Of a stretch of 59,459 nt of DNA, positions 58,725 through 59,459 are shown piece after piece (the first letter of the stretch is position 1; each line of letters opens with the position of its first letter). Origin of the DNA: Pseudomonadota bacterium (GTDB lineage Bacteria; Bdellovibrionota_G; JALEGL01; DATDPG01). The notes beneath the pieces are model-generated. The model did no database searches. It had not been told where the DNA came from and saw only the letters and a program-made list of their open reading frames with translations. The stretch spans positions 1-59,459 of the forward strand of contig JAZDDX010000001.1 of assembly GCA_043809315.1 (NCBI GenBank), given 5' to 3'. The position numbers and the translations under genes are program-made.

Positions 58725-58740
58725 TGGCACGGTTTCTGCT
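58725..58740 (+). promoter_or_regulatory. Sigma54 promoter
   Basis: TGGCACGGTTTCTGCT (GG-N10-GC). Confidence 0.7.
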
Positions 58741-58764
58741 CATTTAATGGGCTGGAGACTCAAA

Positions 58765-59316
58765 ATGAAAAATTCACGGCTTATTCCGGTTCTGCTCGTT
58801 TTCGGGTTCATCGGCTGCGGAGGATCGAATGTGGATCTTGCCGCTGATAAGCAGGGCGTGAACGAATCTCTTGGCGCGAACACCGCCTGTCTCCCTAATT
58901 CTGCGGCCGCCCTCACGGCTTGTTCTCCAGGCAGAGTCCTGCCCGTTATGCCGACCGCGACGCCGACACCCTCGCCAACGCCGACTCCGGGTGTGCCGAG
59001 TGCGCCACGGAATATCCGGATTGAAGAACAGACAAAGCTGAGTCCGGGGATGGGTGTCTATGCCTGTATCCAGTATGTCGCATGGGATCCTCCCGCCTCC
59101 GATCCGACAGGTGCCGGCATTTCTTATGAATTCTGCGTGACGACAACGCTCACCAAGAAAACGTGTTCCTGGTTGCCGGACTCTGTCCGGCGGTTAAAAG
59201 TTGCCGTAGGAAATTCTCCGCCAACGTACCCCTTCGTTTCTGCCGCGGTATCTGTGACTAGTTATCGAAACAGCGTTCAAGGGAATTCCAGTACGATCGA
59301 TTTCTCCTGTCCTTGA
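58765..59316 (+). CDS. Lipoprotein with Pro/Thr linker and FN3-like C-terminal domain
   Basis: GGAGA RBS, MKNSRLIPVLLVFGFIGC lipobox, [20 protein letters not shown]...WDPP...Y pattern. Confidence 0.7.
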   Translation: MKNSRLIPVLLVFGFIGCGGSNVDLAADKQGVNESLGANTACLPNSAAALTACSPGRVLPVMPTATPTPSPTPTPGVPSAPRNIRIEEQTKLSPGMGVYACIQYVAWDPPASDPTGAGISYEFCVTTTLTKKTCSWLPDSVRRLKVAVGNSPPTYPFVSAAVSVTSYRNSVQGNSSTIDFSCP

Positions 59317-59341
59317 TGGATTGCGACGTCGAAGAGGATTG

Positions 59342-59378
59342 AAAAAAACGCCCGACCAGTTGCCTGATCGGGCGTCTT
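59342..59378 (-). terminator. rrn Rho-independent terminator (probably bidirectional)
   Basis: acgcccga..cag-ttgc-ctg..tcgggcgt hairpin with an A7 tract, directly 3' of 5S. Confidence 0.85.
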
Positions 59379-59384
59379 ATTTAA

Positions 59385-59459
59385 TGCGGCAGCGACCTAC
59401 TCTCCCACTAAGCTTCCCTAGCAGTACCATCGGCTCCGAAGTGCTTAACGGCCGTGTTC
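59385..59459 (-). rRNA. rrf: 5S ribosomal RNA, cut by the window end (possibly the functional operon copy)
   Basis: 75 nt identical to the 3' part of the 5S at 55813. Confidence 0.9.

Noticed and set aside
23700-59459. Classical integron, prophage or tRNA-anchored island
   Set aside because: I found no tyrosine or serine recombinase, transposase, phage gene, attC-like site or tRNA gene; the boundaries are rRNA fragments of variable length.

Overview
GC-rich bacterial chromosome segment. A MYXO-CTERM-like tail, AgmX/PglI-like genes and several sigma54 promoters suggest a Myxococcota/Bdellovibrionota-type 'deltaproteobacterium'; this is inference only. The left ~23.7 kb is mostly core or metabolic: ychF, an ABC-F ATPase, cvfB, a B12 acyl-CoA mutase operon whose active-site residues are those of isobutyryl-CoA mutase, three acyl-CoA dehydrogenases, a prpD-prpB-citrate synthase methylcitrate cluster and a DEAD-box helicase, with a few secreted proteases. 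The right ~35 kb lies downstream of a minus-strand rRNA 3' end (a 5S gene runs off the right edge). It is an accessory array of secreted or lipoprotein genes with Pro/Thr linkers, a GH18 chitinase, a heparinase-like lyase and a glycan-modification cluster with four ATP-grasp ligases. The most striking signal is that the array is punctuated by at least seven same-orientation remnants of the rrn 3' end: a 23S tail + spacer + complete 5S + terminator, 5'-truncated 5S copies of a different allele, and short degenerate 5S or terminator scars. No integrase, transposase or reverse transcriptase is present. The pattern suggests serial gene capture anchored on the rRNA operon 3' end. Several captured genes have sigma54 promoters placed for near-leaderless transcription.
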